Below are positions 9,212 to 19,408 of a stretch of DNA of 64,000 bases, piece by piece. The notes beneath the pieces were generated by a model. It ran no database searches. It was not told the origin of the DNA and was given only the letters and a program-made list of their open reading frames with translations. How positions within the stretch are numbered: the stretch's first letter is position 1; the number at the start of each line of letters is the position of its first letter. The translations under genes were made by a program, and so were the position numbers. The DNA lies in the IMG/VR virus record IMGVR_UViG_3300028591_000004, positions 32,001 to 96,000 of that record; one strand, 5' to 3'. This DNA is from a virus (Duplodnaviria; Caudoviricetes).

Positions 9212-11635
9212 ATGAATACTATCACTAAGATCAATCTCTTTGAGAACACCACTGAAGAAATTGCAGTATTCTCTTCCCAGTTCACCCGTAAGCTGGAGTC
9301 CATGGGTGTTGATGTGTCCAAAGCTATCGTCAAAGTCAATGCCAACACTCCCAAGGGAAAGAAGGACGAGACGGAAGAAGCCGAAGCCAAGGTTCGTGCT
9401 CTTCTGACCACCATGTGCAGTCAGGGTTATGTCCTGAACGGTGTTGCTTATCGTCCTTTCCTCGCCGGTGCTTCCGATGCTCGCAAGGCCACTTCCACCT
9501 GGATCGACGAGAAGATCCAGGCTGAACTCGGTCGTTGGTGCCTTTGCGGACTTCAGACCAAGGATATGACCATGGCTATCAACAAGTACATGGCATATCT
9601 GGGTCTGCTGACTTCTGCCAGCAAGCCTTTCGTCGAAGTTTTTGGCCGCACGGTTGATATCCGTCGTGTCGCGGTCGTTGCTGATCACGAGATCACCGTC
9701 AACGCCAAGGTTGACCTCGTGTCCATGTACAAAGTACAGAAGAACACTAATCGTTCTTTGGCGATCTGCACTTTCGACGGATTCGGTATCATTCGGGACA
9801 CTCTGACCGATGGCGAATCCGTTACGATTCGTGGTCCGTGGCTCAAGGCTTTCGTGCAGGCCACCAACTGGAGCGAAGTCGCTGCTTACAGCTTCTCCAA
9901 TGGCGGCGATGCCACGTTCAAGGACATCTTCGGCAACACCGTCAAGATGAAGGATGTTGACGTTATCCTGACGGCTTCCTGCTTCAAGGCTGCGAAGCTG
10001 TACAAGTCCTGGAAGCAGTATCAGGATGCGTTCGAAGCGTTCGGTCACGAGATCTGCGTTTGCGTTCGTGAACACGCTCCCAGCCTGAAGGGACTTCCTT
10101 ATCAGCAGGGTCAGACTCTGCTGGGCGATCAGGACGACGCTCTGAGCTTCATGATGCACGCCAAGAAGACCGTGTACAAGTATCATGACGCTTACGAAGC
10201 TGCGAGCCTTCTCCGCAAGGAGCATAGACTTGCTGCTCGGATGTATCCTGCTCTTCTGAACGAGAAGTTCACCGCAAAGAGCATTCAGGAGAAGTACGAG
10301 AGCAAGCGGAACGAGATGCTCGGTGGAAGGATTCCTGAAATGGGATACAACGCCTTCCTCGCTCCTGATATGACGGCGTTTGTGCAGCATCTCTTCAACA
10401 TGCCTGTAACAGGCTCCCTGAAGGCTGGAGAATGCTCCTGCGTCTCTTTCGAACAGGGTCCTGTGGACGTTACCCGGAATCCGCATCTGGACAACGCTCA
10501 TTGCATTCTGAACAATGTGAAGAACATGCCGTTCGCCACTCGCAAGAGCCCGACCATGTTCATCAACGTTCTGGATACGACCACCATCCAGCTTCGCGCT
10601 GACTATGATGGAGATCATATCCTTGCTTCTCAGGATGCGAAGCTCCTGTCCCTGGTCAACAAGACCTATGACGAGCTGAAGAACATTCCCTATGACTGGG
10701 ATGCTCCCTCTGCTCCGAAGGCTCCTGTGACCAAGTCCGCGATCTGCAGCTTCATCACGAATCTGCTTCACGGTTCTGAGATCGGCATTTATGCTGACAC
10801 TCTGACCAAGATGTGGAATAGTGAGTACAGCGCTGACACCTGCGGCTGGCTGACTTATGCAGGCAACGTGCTGATTGACTCTGCGAAGCATGGCTCCGTG
10901 AAGATCAAGAAGCCAGATGACGTGAAAGCTCTGTCCGCTGTTCCGCTGCCTGAGTTCTGCCGCTATGCCAAGGCCGACTCCGAGACTCCTGCGAACTCTT
11001 CCTACTGGGATGAGATTCGGGAGTACACCGGCACTCCTCGGTGCGAGTACTCCGGGTCTTTCCTGGATATGTACAGCCGCGCCATCAAGGAGAACGTTCC
11101 AGAAACCTTGACGATTGACGGCCTTGATGACGAGATCTTCGACCCCGCCGAGTTGATGATCAATCCTCATCGCAAGCTGATCCCCGGACTGACCCGTAGG
11201 GGAGTCTACAACAAGGAGACGAACACCTACGAGAACTGCGGCATCTTCCAGACTGTTGCGTTCCGTCATGCAGACGAATGGAACAAGCTGATTGCCGGCG
11301 AAGACATGTCTCATCGTGACGAGTGGGAGAAGTCCCGTCGCGAGATCGCTCTGAACGAGTTCATTACCTACTGCCGGGATCTGTATGCCGGTATGGGTAT
11401 CGACATCTCCAGCAAGAGCGACGACTGCATCCTGGACGCTGTCTACGATGCGGTTATTCGCGGCATCTTCAACGTCAAAATGACCGATGGCATGATGACT
11501 GCCGTTATGCAGTGCTTCTGGCTCTGCTTCGGCGATCGTGTTATCAAGACCCTTCAGTCCAAGAATCATCGCCTGAGTGACGACGACCTCGTCTTCGACG
11601 ATGACGATGAACTGTTCGACGACTCCGATTGCTAA
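9212..11635 (+). CDS. YonO-like single-subunit double-psi-barrel RNA polymerase 1
   Basis: Start re-set to ATG 9212 (SD AAAGGAAGG); motifs DGFG, TRNPHL, catalytic ADYDGDH, IDSAKHG of the YonO/cRdRP-like family. Confidence 0.85.
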   Translation: MNTITKINLFENTTEEIAVFSSQFTRKLESMGVDVSKAIVKVNANTPKGKKDETEEAEAKVRALLTTMCSQGYVLNGVAYRPFLAGASDARKATSTWIDEKIQAELGRWCLCGLQTKDMTMAINKYMAYLGLLTSASKPFVEVFGRTVDIRRVAVVADHEITVNAKVDLVSMYKVQKNTNRSLAICTFDGFGIIRDTLTDGESVTIRGPWLKAFVQATNWSEVAAYSFSNGGDATFKDIFGNTVKMKDVDVILTASCFKAAKLYKSWKQYQDAFEAFGHEICVCVREHAPSLKGLPYQQGQTLLGDQDDALSFMMHAKKTVYKYHDAYEAASLLRKEHRLAARMYPALLNEKFTAKSIQEKYESKRNEMLGGRIPEMGYNAFLAPDMTAFVQHLFNMPVTGSLKAGECSCVSFEQGPVDVTRNPHLDNAHCILNNVKNMPFATRKSPTMFINVLDTTTIQLRADYDGDHILASQDAKLLSLVNKTYDELKNIPYDWDAPSAPKAPVTKSAICSFITNLLHGSEIGIYADTLTKMWNSEYSADTCGWLTYAGNVLIDSAKHGSVKIKKPDDVKALSAVPLPEFCRYAKADSETPANSSYWDEIREYTGTPRCEYSGSFLDMYSRAIKENVPETLTIDGLDDEIFDPAELMINPHRKLIPGLTRRGVYNKETNTYENCGIFQTVAFRHADEWNKLIAGEDMSHRDEWEKSRREIALNEFITYCRDLYAGMGIDISSKSDDCILDAVYDAVIRGIFNVKMTDGMMTAVMQCFWLCFGDRVIKTLQSKNHRLSDDDLVFDDDDELFDDSDC

Positions 11636-11736
11636 TCGACCGTCCTGAGCAAGACGTTAAACTGCTCAGATTCAACAGAGCTTCTGCGTGTCGGGAGCTC
11701 TTTTGAGTCTATACTCAAAAAAAAGGAGGATGACGC

Positions 11737-12027
11737 ATGGCTTTGTCTTACACTGGATTATTGTTCAAACGGATTCTGATCTCGACCGGATACACACACG
11801 GGCAAAAGAGAAGAACCGACTCTGTCCACATCATGGTCAAATGGGGCTATCCGCTTGGATCGCAGAGCACCGAGTTCGATAACGCCTTGAAGTGGCTGGA
11901 CGACAATGGGTGGATCTCTGTCAAATGGAATACCAAAGTCAAGGTATCCCGCAACACAAGCGGGATGACTGACTTCATTACCGTCACGGAGAAAGGGTAT
12001 TCTGTTGCAGCCAAATATCTTCGTTAA
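11737..12027 (+). CDS. Hypothetical protein, possible winged-helix
   Basis: SD AAGGAGG; ALKWLDDNGWI...TVTEKG pattern. Confidence 0.55.
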   Translation: MALSYTGLLFKRILISTGYTHGQKRRTDSVHIMVKWGYPLGSQSTEFDNALKWLDDNGWISVKWNTKVKVSRNTSGMTDFITVTEKGYSVAAKYLR

Positions 12028-12181
12028 ATGTTCATACACGGGAGCCCTACAGGGGCTCTCGTAATGAGCACTTAACAACATTTCAGGCCGCAAGGCCTTT
12101 TTTATATATAAGGTGAGCCATAGAGGTGAGCCATGCATTCGCCCGGTGATTGGTCATCTACTTACCAGTCCCATCTAAAAC

Positions 12182-12207
12182 GGCCAAGGCCTGCTTGATA
12201 GGGTGAG
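12182..12207 (+). promoter_or_regulatory. Class-A motif: C-AA-G hairpin plus GATAGGGTGAG
   Basis: GGCC-AA-GGCC, then GATA 9 nt after the loop. Confidence 0.45.
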
Positions 12208-12262
12208 GAGTTTGCATGCTCCTCGAATAAACCAAGCTTGTATAGCTAAGAAGGAGGAACTC

Positions 12263-12550
12263 ATGAAAAAGTTCATCGTTGTGACACTGTCGATCCTGCT
12301 CTTCGCGTCGTTTGCCTCTGCTGACGCATACCCAGCGGCGGGAGTCGTCGTTGGTTTCGAACCCGAATCGGACATCGTACTCGTCGAAGAATCCAACGGC
12401 ACAATCTGGGCCTTCGAGGGAATCGAAGACTGGCAGTTGGGAGACCTCGCCGCGCTGCTAATGGACGACTCCGGGACCGAACTCATTTTCGACGACCAAA
12501 TCGTACTGGCCCACTACACAGGTTTCTCAATCCCAAACAATCCACGTTAA
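12263..12550 (+). CDS. Small secreted/exported protein
   Basis: SD AAGGAGG; signal peptide MKKFIVVTLSILLFASFASA. Confidence 0.65.
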   Translation: MKKFIVVTLSILLFASFASADAYPAAGVVVGFEPESDIVLVEESNGTIWAFEGIEDWQLGDLAALLMDDSGTELIFDDQIVLAHYTGFSIPNNPR

Positions 12551-12568
12551 CCCAACTCTTAAGTCCCC

Positions 12569-12597
12569 TCGGCGCAAGCGCCGATCGATAAGGTGAG
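12569..12597 (+). promoter_or_regulatory. Class-A hairpin motif
   Basis: TCGGCGC-AA-GCGCCGA-tc-GATAAGGTGAG. Confidence 0.55.
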
Positions 12598-12632
12598 AAA
12601 TAGGGCAAACCGCCCACGAAAGGAGAAAACCC

Positions 12633-12884
12633 ATGAAATACAACACTATCAACGACATCGAAAACTATCGCTCCATCATCCGCAGCAACGAGGACCGCGT
12701 ACAGGCGATCGCCCGTCGTGCCTCTGCTCTCCTTAATCAGGCTAAGTATATGTCCCTGATTGAATTGGAAAATGCTTCCAGTGAAATTGCCGAGCTTCGC
12801 AAGGAGAAAGCAGAACTGGACAAGCGTACCCGTGAAGCCAAGTTGGCCATTGCGAAATTCTATGCTCCTGCGAGTATTGCCTAA
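12633..12884 (+). CDS. Coiled-coil hypothetical protein
   Basis: SD AAAGGAG. Confidence 0.65.
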   Translation: MKYNTINDIENYRSIIRSNEDRVQAIARRASALLNQAKYMSLIELENASSEIAELRKEKAELDKRTREAKLAIAKFYAPASIA

Positions 12885-13218
12885 GATTGTACCTGTCCCG
12901 GCTACTGCTGTGCGCTGGCCGGGGCAGCTGTTCTATTCAGAAAGCCCTTAGCCGTAGAGTCCTCCTCCTGCTCTGCGGCTTTTTGAATAGAGCAGAAATG
13001 CTCTCTTGGGTACACTCCTTTCTTTTGGCCGAGCCTGAGATGTCGCCTTGAGCAAGCGATTGCATGGGCTCGGTTTCCTTCTCTGACTATAAACCTTGAC
13101 GCGGTGAGAAGGCTCACTCTTTAACAGAGTGCCAATTATAGTCAAAAAATTCGATCCGGATTAAAAGTTACAGAGATGGCTCATCCGGATCTTCAAAAGA
13201 AAAAATTGGAGGTGTCCC

Positions 13219-13704
13219 ATGCGTCACGTAATTACCATCTACACAGATGGAGCCTGCAAAGGCAATCCCGGCCCCGGAGGATGGGGCGCTATCCTTGTTT
13301 GCAACGGTCATGAAAAAATTCTTCGGGGCGGTGCTGTGCACACGACCAACAACAGAATGGAACTGACCGCAGTGCTCGAAGCTATTAAGGCTCTTACTGC
13401 TCCTTGCGACGTTACCATCGTTTCCGACTCCAAGTACGTCATCATGTCCCGTGACAAGTGGCTTAAGTGGCAGAACAAAAGCCACGTTCCGAATTGGGAC
13501 CTGTGGCAGGAGCTTGTTGAAACAGGAAAAGCCAAAGGTCACATTTTCCACTACCAGCATGTAAACGGTCACAGCGGACACGTTATGAACGAACGCTGTG
13601 ACAGAATCGCAAGCGAACAGGCTTGCAAATGGTCCCATAAAGCCGCTGGAACAAATACGCTTACGATCAATGAAGCGTTAGCTATTTTGGAAGAGAGGAA
13701 ATAA
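13219..13704 (+). CDS. rnhA: Ribonuclease HI (copy 1)
   Basis: IYTDGACKGNPGPGGW, TTNNRMEL, SDSKY, HSGH..NERCD. Confidence 0.95.
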   Translation: MRHVITIYTDGACKGNPGPGGWGAILVCNGHEKILRGGAVHTTNNRMELTAVLEAIKALTAPCDVTIVSDSKYVIMSRDKWLKWQNKSHVPNWDLWQELVETGKAKGHIFHYQHVNGHSGHVMNERCDRIASEQACKWSHKAAGTNTLTINEALAILEERK

Positions 13705-13861
13705 TCATGGGAACAATTTCTAAAAATGGCAAACTGTACGGTCTTATGCCAGACGGATCCTGGAAATGGTTCTTAAACGAAAAGCAATACGAAGATGAAT
13801 ATTACGATACGGTGTTTGAGTTAAATAATTGCTTTTTCACAGAATCTCCGGAGGATTACGC

Positions 13862-14149
13862 ATGGTAGAGAATCTTATTTACATTGGTTTAACTCTGGTT
13901 TTGGTTATTGCGTCTTTCCTGTTTGGCTTAAATCTAAGTGACAAATATCACACTAAGGCAGAACAGGATAAGAAATACGCACTCGAAAAGCAATATGCGC
14001 GATTAATGGCTGGCTGTGACGCAGACGATCCGGTCCAGCCTTACGTCGCACACCCGGACAACCGTTTCTCCGTCCCTTCAGAGTTTATCGACCGCCTCGA
14101 AACAAATAAGTCCGCAACGTTACAAATCGACAAAACCAAAGCAATCTAA
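13862..14149 (+). CDS. Small membrane-anchored protein
   Basis: SD GGAGG; N-terminal hydrophobic helix. Confidence 0.55.
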   Translation: MVENLIYIGLTLVLVIASFLFGLNLSDKYHTKAEQDKKYALEKQYARLMAGCDADDPVQPYVAHPDNRFSVPSEFIDRLETNKSATLQIDKTKAI

Positions 14150-14156
14150 AAGCACC

Positions 14157-14184
14157 GGCGCAAGCGCCTGCTGGATAAGGTGAG
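14157..14184 (+). promoter_or_regulatory. Class-A hairpin motif
   Basis: GGCGC-AA-GCGCC-tgctg-GATAAGGTGAG upstream of ssb. Confidence 0.55.
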
Positions 14185-14338
14185 AATAAATACAAATTAA
14201 CTATTCTCAAGAGCAGAATCCCACGCTCGATAAACGGGGTCGCTGACAAAATCAGGGCAGACCGGGCTAAGGCCGACCGATGGGATCTCCGGAACCTATA
14301 ACTATCCAAAAACAAATTAAGAGAAGGAGACTACAAAA

Positions 14339-14761
14339 ATGAAGAACCTGAACATCGTTGGACGCATCACGAAGGACGCCACTCTGGAGACTCGCAAGAT
14401 CGGTGATACCGAGATTGCTGTGACCAATTTCAATGTGGCTGTGAACACCCGCAAGGCGACCTCTAAGAGGGACCAGAACGGCAAGCGGATCTATGACACC
14501 CTGACCGACTACTTCCGCGTTACTCTGTGGCGCGATCATGCGAAGGCCATGGTGCCTTATCTGCAGAAGGGCCGGCTGGTTTCTATCCAGGGCGACTTCG
14601 AGCTGGAAACCTGGATGGACCGGCAGAACCAGATCCACCCGGTGGCCCACTTCACTTCTCCGGCTCTGGAGCTGCTGGACGCTACCAAGACCCAGGCCGA
14701 GGAACCCGCTGAGACGACTCCTGCGCCTGCTGCGGAGCCTGATGAGCTGCCCTTCGACTAA
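14339..14761 (+). CDS. ssb: Single-stranded DNA-binding protein (copy 1)
   Basis: GRITKD, NFNVAVN, YLQKGRLVSIQG, acidic tail DELPFD. Confidence 0.92.
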   Translation: MKNLNIVGRITKDATLETRKIGDTEIAVTNFNVAVNTRKATSKRDQNGKRIYDTLTDYFRVTLWRDHAKAMVPYLQKGRLVSIQGDFELETWMDRQNQIHPVAHFTSPALELLDATKTQAEEPAETTPAPAAEPDELPFD

Positions 14762-14770
14762 TACGAATAT

Positions 14771-14806
14771 ATGCGGCCTGCCCGAAAGGGTGGGCCGCAT
14801 TTTTTT
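14771..14806 (+). terminator. Intrinsic terminator after ssb
   Basis: ATGCGGCCTGCCC-GAAA-GGGTGGGCCGCAT followed by a T run. Confidence 0.85.
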
Positions 14807-14825
14807 GTCTGTGTTTGTCAAAGCG

Positions 14826-14858
14826 TTTTCTCCGGTTTCGAAAATCGACATAATGGAG
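14826..14858 (+). promoter_or_regulatory. Class-B motif
   Basis: TTTTCTCCGGTTTCGAAAATCGACATAATGGAG. Confidence 0.65.
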
Positions 14859-15020
14859 GACTGTTAAAGTGCCCGACTTTTTCAGGTGAGCCATATTTTT
14901 TCCAGCCCCCTTTTTTCCTCCACCCCGCGTCTTCCCCAGCAGCGCGCCCCCTTACTGGTACGGTGGTGCTCGACTCCGGGCGCACACTATACAATATATA
15001 TTTTCGACGGGAGGTTTTTT

Positions 15021-15302
15021 ATGGAGACCTGTTTTAACTACTGCGACAAGGACGTTGCTTTTTTCAGCTCCGACGAGAAGCGCTGGATCAATAAAATTCG
15101 CAAACTGAAGAAGCAGCACCCCGACGAGATCAAAATCTTAGCCGAACCCGAAACCAACGACGGTTGCATTTACTGCCGTCTTCCTGCCTATACGCTCCAG
15201 ATTCGCTTCAAGAGGGAGTACACCGAGGAAGAGAGAAAAGCAATCGCAGACCGACTTACTGGCTCGAAGAAAACTGACATTTCTGAAAACACTATTGAAT
15301 AG
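15021..15302 (+). CDS. Conserved-looking phage hypothetical protein
   Basis: SD GGAGG; start re-set to METCFNY. Confidence 0.6.
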   Translation: METCFNYCDKDVAFFSSDEKRWINKIRKLKKQHPDEIKILAEPETNDGCIYCRLPAYTLQIRFKREYTEEERKAIADRLTGSKKTDISENTIE

Positions 15303-15484
15303 GCATTTTTCGATACGAATTAGCCGTTCAGTTATTCGGATGATAATTTGTTCGTCTGAATATCTGGACGAGCTAATCGCATTTAAAATCTCCTTTGTCA
15401 AAGGTGTTTTTTTACAAGCGTGACTGATTAGAACTTCGTAACTGCAAGATTTCCTCCGTGACAGGATTTATATTTGATAAAATA

Positions 15485-15517
15485 TTTTCTCCGGTTTCGA
15501 AAATTAGCATAATGGAG
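15485..15517 (+). promoter_or_regulatory. Class-B motif
   Basis: TTTTCTCCGGTTTCGAAAATTAGCATAATGGAG. Confidence 0.65.
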
Positions 15518-15547
15518 TATAAATGCATTCGCATTCCGGAAACCGAC

Positions 15548-15570
15548 ACCGTCGCAAGCGACGGTCGATA
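15548..15570 (+). promoter_or_regulatory. Class-A hairpin motif
   Basis: ACCGTCGC-AA-GCGACGGT-c-GATA upstream of tRNA-Gln. Confidence 0.55.
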
Positions 15571-15604
15571 CAAAGAAATAATCCAACTCCCGCCGTAAAC
15601 CTAT

Positions 15605-15676
15605 AGTCGCGTCGCCAAGAGGCAAGGCAACGGACTTTGACTCCGTCATTCGCACGTTCGATTCGTGCCGCGACTG
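15605..15676 (+). tRNA. tRNA-Gln(TTG)
   Basis: Acceptor AGTCGCG/CGCGACT; anticodon arm ACGGA-CTTTGAC-TCCGT; T-loop TTCGATT; CCA not encoded. Confidence 0.9.
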
Positions 15677-16189
15677 CATTCGTACATGAGCGAACATAAC
15701 CTACTGACAGGCTGACATCCTACTGTCCGTGTTGTGTGTGCATAGTTACCTTGGGGCACGTTAAACAAGTGTCGAACAGTCCAGTCTGTTCGGACACCTC
15801 CTTTCTAAGTTTGCTAAGGGTCTTGTCAGTACTGTGAAGTTTCTCTCTTCTGCTCCGGATCTGACCGTTCGTGCGGCCAGCCCTCCGCACAGACAATTGG
15901 GATAGATGGGTTGTCTGCGGATGCGGATCTGCTCGGGAAGAGAATTAAACTTTATTCGGCCGCTGTTGAAGGGCGGCCGAAAGAAAAAAGGAGTGAGAAG
16001 CGTGACTGGTTTTGTCCCGTACAGCAAGATGAGTAAGAAACAGAAAAAAGAAAAGGACAGACAGAACCGCACTCTGTGGAATATGCCGTGTATAACTAAA
16101 GTAAAACCCAGTGGTAAAATATACAGCCGGAAAGATAAATCCATGACTGGAAATCCTTATTCCCTGTATTGAGGGTGCCGCCGAATACA

Positions 16190-17040
16190 AAAACTGAGAT
16201 TGTTCGCATTTGCGGCTGAAGGTTAGAGTTGAGATTCTCTTGCCGGAGAAGAATGACTGAGATAGGCCTATTATCTAAAGAATAATAAAATCCTCTATAG
16301 AACAATGTTTGAGAGTGGAAATTGTCTTGTAAAGAATACAATTCCAGAATGTAAGTACTGTTTCTCTCTCTATGATTGTTTGTTTTCATTTAAGTCTTTT
16401 GTTTTTATACGCTTCTTAACGGAGTATATCTCTTTATGGAGAGATATACTCCTAAAGCTAAAACAAAAGCCTTAAAGAAAACAAATTTCTAAAGAATGAT
16501 TTGGATTCTATCTCAAATAAACGAATTGCTAAAGAAATAACTGAATTTTCGATAGTAGAATTGATTCATTGAATTATCCTTCCGGAAACAAAAAGATTCT
16601 TCTATAGGAGAATCTATCTCCTATGATTGGATTTCTGAACAAAGAAAAAGATTCTATATAGCAGGATTAATCTTAATAAAGAGGATTCTATTAGAACAGA
16701 ACAGTTCTCTTTCTAATAAATCTCTCTCTTCTCTTTCTCTTTCTAATAAATCTCTCTTCTCTCTTTCTTCTTTCCTTTTTCATTTTGTCTCTCCTATAGA
16801 ATAATCCTTTTCTATAAAACAATTTCTTTTCTCTGTTATTGTCTTATAGAAAACAATCCCTTTCTATGAATTGGACTCTTTAAAAAGAAACGGTTCTCTA
16901 TAAAATGATCTTATCTCATATAGAACAATCTTTCTGAGAAAAAACAACTCTCTATAGAAGGATTGATTCTTTATAAAAAGAACTTCCTGAAGAAAGATTC
17001 TTTCTTTAATATATATATTATATATAGATAAGGGAAGTGA
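16190..17040. other. Long AT-rich non-coding region with degenerate CTATAGAA repeats and a palindrome (candidate origin)
   Basis: No credible ORF; 13-bp inverted repeat 16421-16452; tandem duplication with 30-nt period from 16707; about 9 TCTATAG(A)A-like words. Confidence 0.45.
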
Positions 17041-17044
17041 ATAT

Positions 17045-17117
17045 GCCGGTATAGCTCAATTGGCAGAGCAGCTGATTTGTAATCAGCAGGTTTTCGGTTC
17101 GAGTCCGAATACCGGCT
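17045..17117 (+). tRNA. tRNA-Thr(TGT)
   Basis: GCCGGTA/TACCGGC acceptor; GCTGA-TTTGTAA-TCAGC; TTCGAGT T-loop. Confidence 0.95.
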
Positions 17118-17144
17118 CTTTTTTTTTATACAAGGAGGGATAGT

Positions 17145-17492
17145 ATGTATTGGACAATAGAAACACAGCCGGAAAATAAAGGCTTTTATTTGTGTACATG
17201 CGGAAATAATGTTGTAATGTTGTATTTCAACGGTAAGGAATGGATTGAAGGAGAAAATATTGTTTCGGATAAAGTTATTGCGTTTAGATCTTTACCGCAG
17301 CCTTATCAGCCAACAACAACGGACGCTATTTCCGACAAAATAGATATTCTTTCTTTACGTTTAAGCATCCTTAAGGATCTTTTACCTTACACGAATACAA
17401 ATCTCAACGATAAAATTGCGAATCTTTTAGACGATACAATTATGCATCTCGGTTCATACATCTCTATTGCAAAATACGAAAAAGAAAACTAA
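17145..17492 (+). CDS. Hypothetical protein with DUF551-like N-terminus
   Basis: W....QP...G.YL...VIAFRSLPQPY pattern; SD AAGGAGG. Confidence 0.55.
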   Translation: MYWTIETQPENKGFYLCTCGNNVVMLYFNGKEWIEGENIVSDKVIAFRSLPQPYQPTTTDAISDKIDILSLRLSILKDLLPYTNTNLNDKIANLLDDTIMHLGSYISIAKYEKEN

Positions 17493-17505
17493 AGGAGAAA
17501 TACAA

Positions 17506-17703
17506 ATGCAACTGTTGCTTTCTACCGAAAACAGTGTTTACCGAATCGAAGTCAAGAAACCTACAAAACAGGAATTAGATAATATTACTCAGCCCGATTT
17601 CGAAGGACAAACCAGCCCCAAACAGGTTTATGTCGACAGACAGCTTCAGGAATTAGCCAGGGCGTTAACGCAAACCGGATACAGATACGATTGCTACGAA
17701 TAA
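17506..17703 (+). CDS. Small hypothetical protein (paralog of 21091-21279)
   Basis: SD AAAGGAG; shared IE.K.P / P..Y..L..L.R.L..TG..Y pattern. Confidence 0.6.
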   Translation: MQLLLSTENSVYRIEVKKPTKQELDNITQPDFEGQTSPKQVYVDRQLQELARALTQTGYRYDCYE

Positions 17704-17710
17704 GGAGAAA

Positions 17711-17878
17711 ATGCTTTACACAGTTTATGTTTCAGCAACAATCGACAAAACAGTCGAAGTAGAAGCAGACGATCCGGTATACGCAATGTCCCTTGCAGAA
17801 GACAAAGTTTGTTCTATGTTAAGGGGAACTCCAGATGTTACAGCCGTAGAGGCATACGAATATACTGAGCGTGACTGA
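17711..17878 (+). CDS. Small VEA-motif (DpnD/PcfM-like) protein, not in ORF track
   Basis: SD AAGGAG; MLYTVYVSATIDKTVEVEADD. Confidence 0.5.
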   Translation: MLYTVYVSATIDKTVEVEADDPVYAMSLAEDKVCSMLRGTPDVTAVEAYEYTERD

Positions 17879-17929
17879 CGGAAACACATTAGGCGTGACT
17901 GGCCGCAAAACATTGAAAGTGACTGAAAA

Positions 17930-18157
17930 ATGAAAATCTACGTACTTGTTAAAAACATCGAAGCGGACATCGATTACAGTTGGGATTACACTCCTTACGA
18001 AATTATCGAAGCAAATACGTCTCGAGCACGACTGGAAGAGATAAAAAAAGAATACGAGAAACTAAACGGCGGGGAAGTATGGGAAGAATATTACGACAAC
18101 TTCACTTGCTGTTACACAATCGAAGAAGTAGAACTGAAAGGAGAAAGCCTACAATGA
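17930..18157 (+). CDS. Small acidic hypothetical protein
   Basis: Overlaps the start of the next gene. Confidence 0.55.
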   Translation: MKIYVLVKNIEADIDYSWDYTPYEIIEANTSRARLEEIKKEYEKLNGGEVWEEYYDNFTCCYTIEEVELKGESLQ

Positions 18158-18468
18158 ACTTTGAACAGCAGAATATTCCTGTAGACAGAGTTTACAGTCT
18201 CACACGACTGGTTTCAGCCTGCGAAAAGAACAATGTCGGTTTAGAGAATGTTGTTTTCTTTCAAAACGGTTTTCAGGTGTTGTTCGAAGACATGCCGGGA
18301 GATGCGGTTTTGCACGACTATTCCTACGGGAACAAGGCGTGTATGTGGGAAACAATAGGCTTTCCGTGGGATTGCTCCGACGTATCTGTTCACGAAGCAG
18401 AAACACTCGCAAAAATGCTCGGTGCTTTAAAGACCGGAAATGACTGGAAATTATTCGAGGAAGAATAA
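18154..18468 (+). CDS. Hypothetical protein
   Basis: SD AAAGGAG; start re-set to MNFEQQ. Confidence 0.6.
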   Translation: MNFEQQNIPVDRVYSLTRLVSACEKNNVGLENVVFFQNGFQVLFEDMPGDAVLHDYSYGNKACMWETIGFPWDCSDVSVHEAETLAKMLGALKTGNDWKLFEEE

Positions 18469-18470
18469 AC

Positions 18471-18725
18471 ATGAATGTTAAAGACCTGTACAGCCAAATT
18501 TTAGATCTTCTTCCAGACAGTCCTCCGGACAGCAGCGACTGGCACGGCTTCTGGGCTAATAAACACGATCAGGAAATCATGTGTGAGTCAGATACCCAGG
18601 CAGATGTGTTAGCCGATTTCTTCGAGGATTTAGGTTTCGATGTTATGCATACGCATCACTACAACTACGGTGAATGTGTTGTCAACGAGGATTGCTACGG
18701 CTGGTGGAGTGTTTATCCGGACTAA
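18471..18725 (+). CDS. Small acidic hypothetical protein
   Basis: Tightly packed ORF in the operon. Confidence 0.6.
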   Translation: MNVKDLYSQILDLLPDSPPDSSDWHGFWANKHDQEIMCESDTQADVLADFFEDLGFDVMHTHHYNYGECVVNEDCYGWWSVYPD

Positions 18726-18734
18726 GGAGAGAAA

Positions 18735-18923
18735 ATGAGATTTTACGTAACATACAAAATAAATGCAAGGTATGAGGCTCTTGTAGAGGCAAACACAGTC
18801 GAAGAAGCACGGGAGAAAGCAAAAGAAGAATATTGGGATGCGAACTTCGGTGAATGCCACGACATAGACGGTGATCAAATAAGTGTTGAGGATGAAAACG
18901 GTAATATTCTTTGGGAGAAGTAA
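18735..18923 (+). CDS. Small VEA-motif (DpnD/PcfM-like) protein
   Basis: VEANTVEEAREKA; SD AAGGAG. Confidence 0.55.
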   Translation: MRFYVTYKINARYEALVEANTVEEAREKAKEEYWDANFGECHDIDGDQISVEDENGNILWEK

Positions 18924-19408
18924 ATGCATAAAGCAATAAGAGCTGTTTTAAGGTCTATTATCAAGCACAAACGTATTTGTAAAATATTCGAACAATGGAA
19001 ATGGTTCAATCACTTGTGTTACGAAGAAGCACAGGCGGTGATCGGAAATCGACCTTGGAAGTAAGGAATTTTACGATGTGGGTAGATGCTAAAGCTGTAT
19101 GCTACGATCTTGCCGGAATGTGGGCAAGCCGAAAGAACAGAAGAAAATCCAGATGGAAACGTAAATTTGCAAGAATGGGAATTAAAATTTAGAAGCATAG
19201 AACTGGAGTTGATTCTTAATGTACGATCTAACAAAAGCAAATGCGGATATCAAACGCCCAAGAGAATGGAATATTCTAGCCTCTCGATTTGATGAATATT
19301 CAAAAGAAACTTTTGACAAAATAATGCAGTTAATTGAACTAATTAAACAAGAAGAATAAATGTTTTATTCAGAATGGGACCAAAAGAAATGCTGAAACGA
19401 GGTAAAAT

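Noticed and set aside
9182-11569. 795-aa antisense ORF opposite RNAP1
   Set aside because: Shadow frame from strong codon bias on the sense strand; no motifs.
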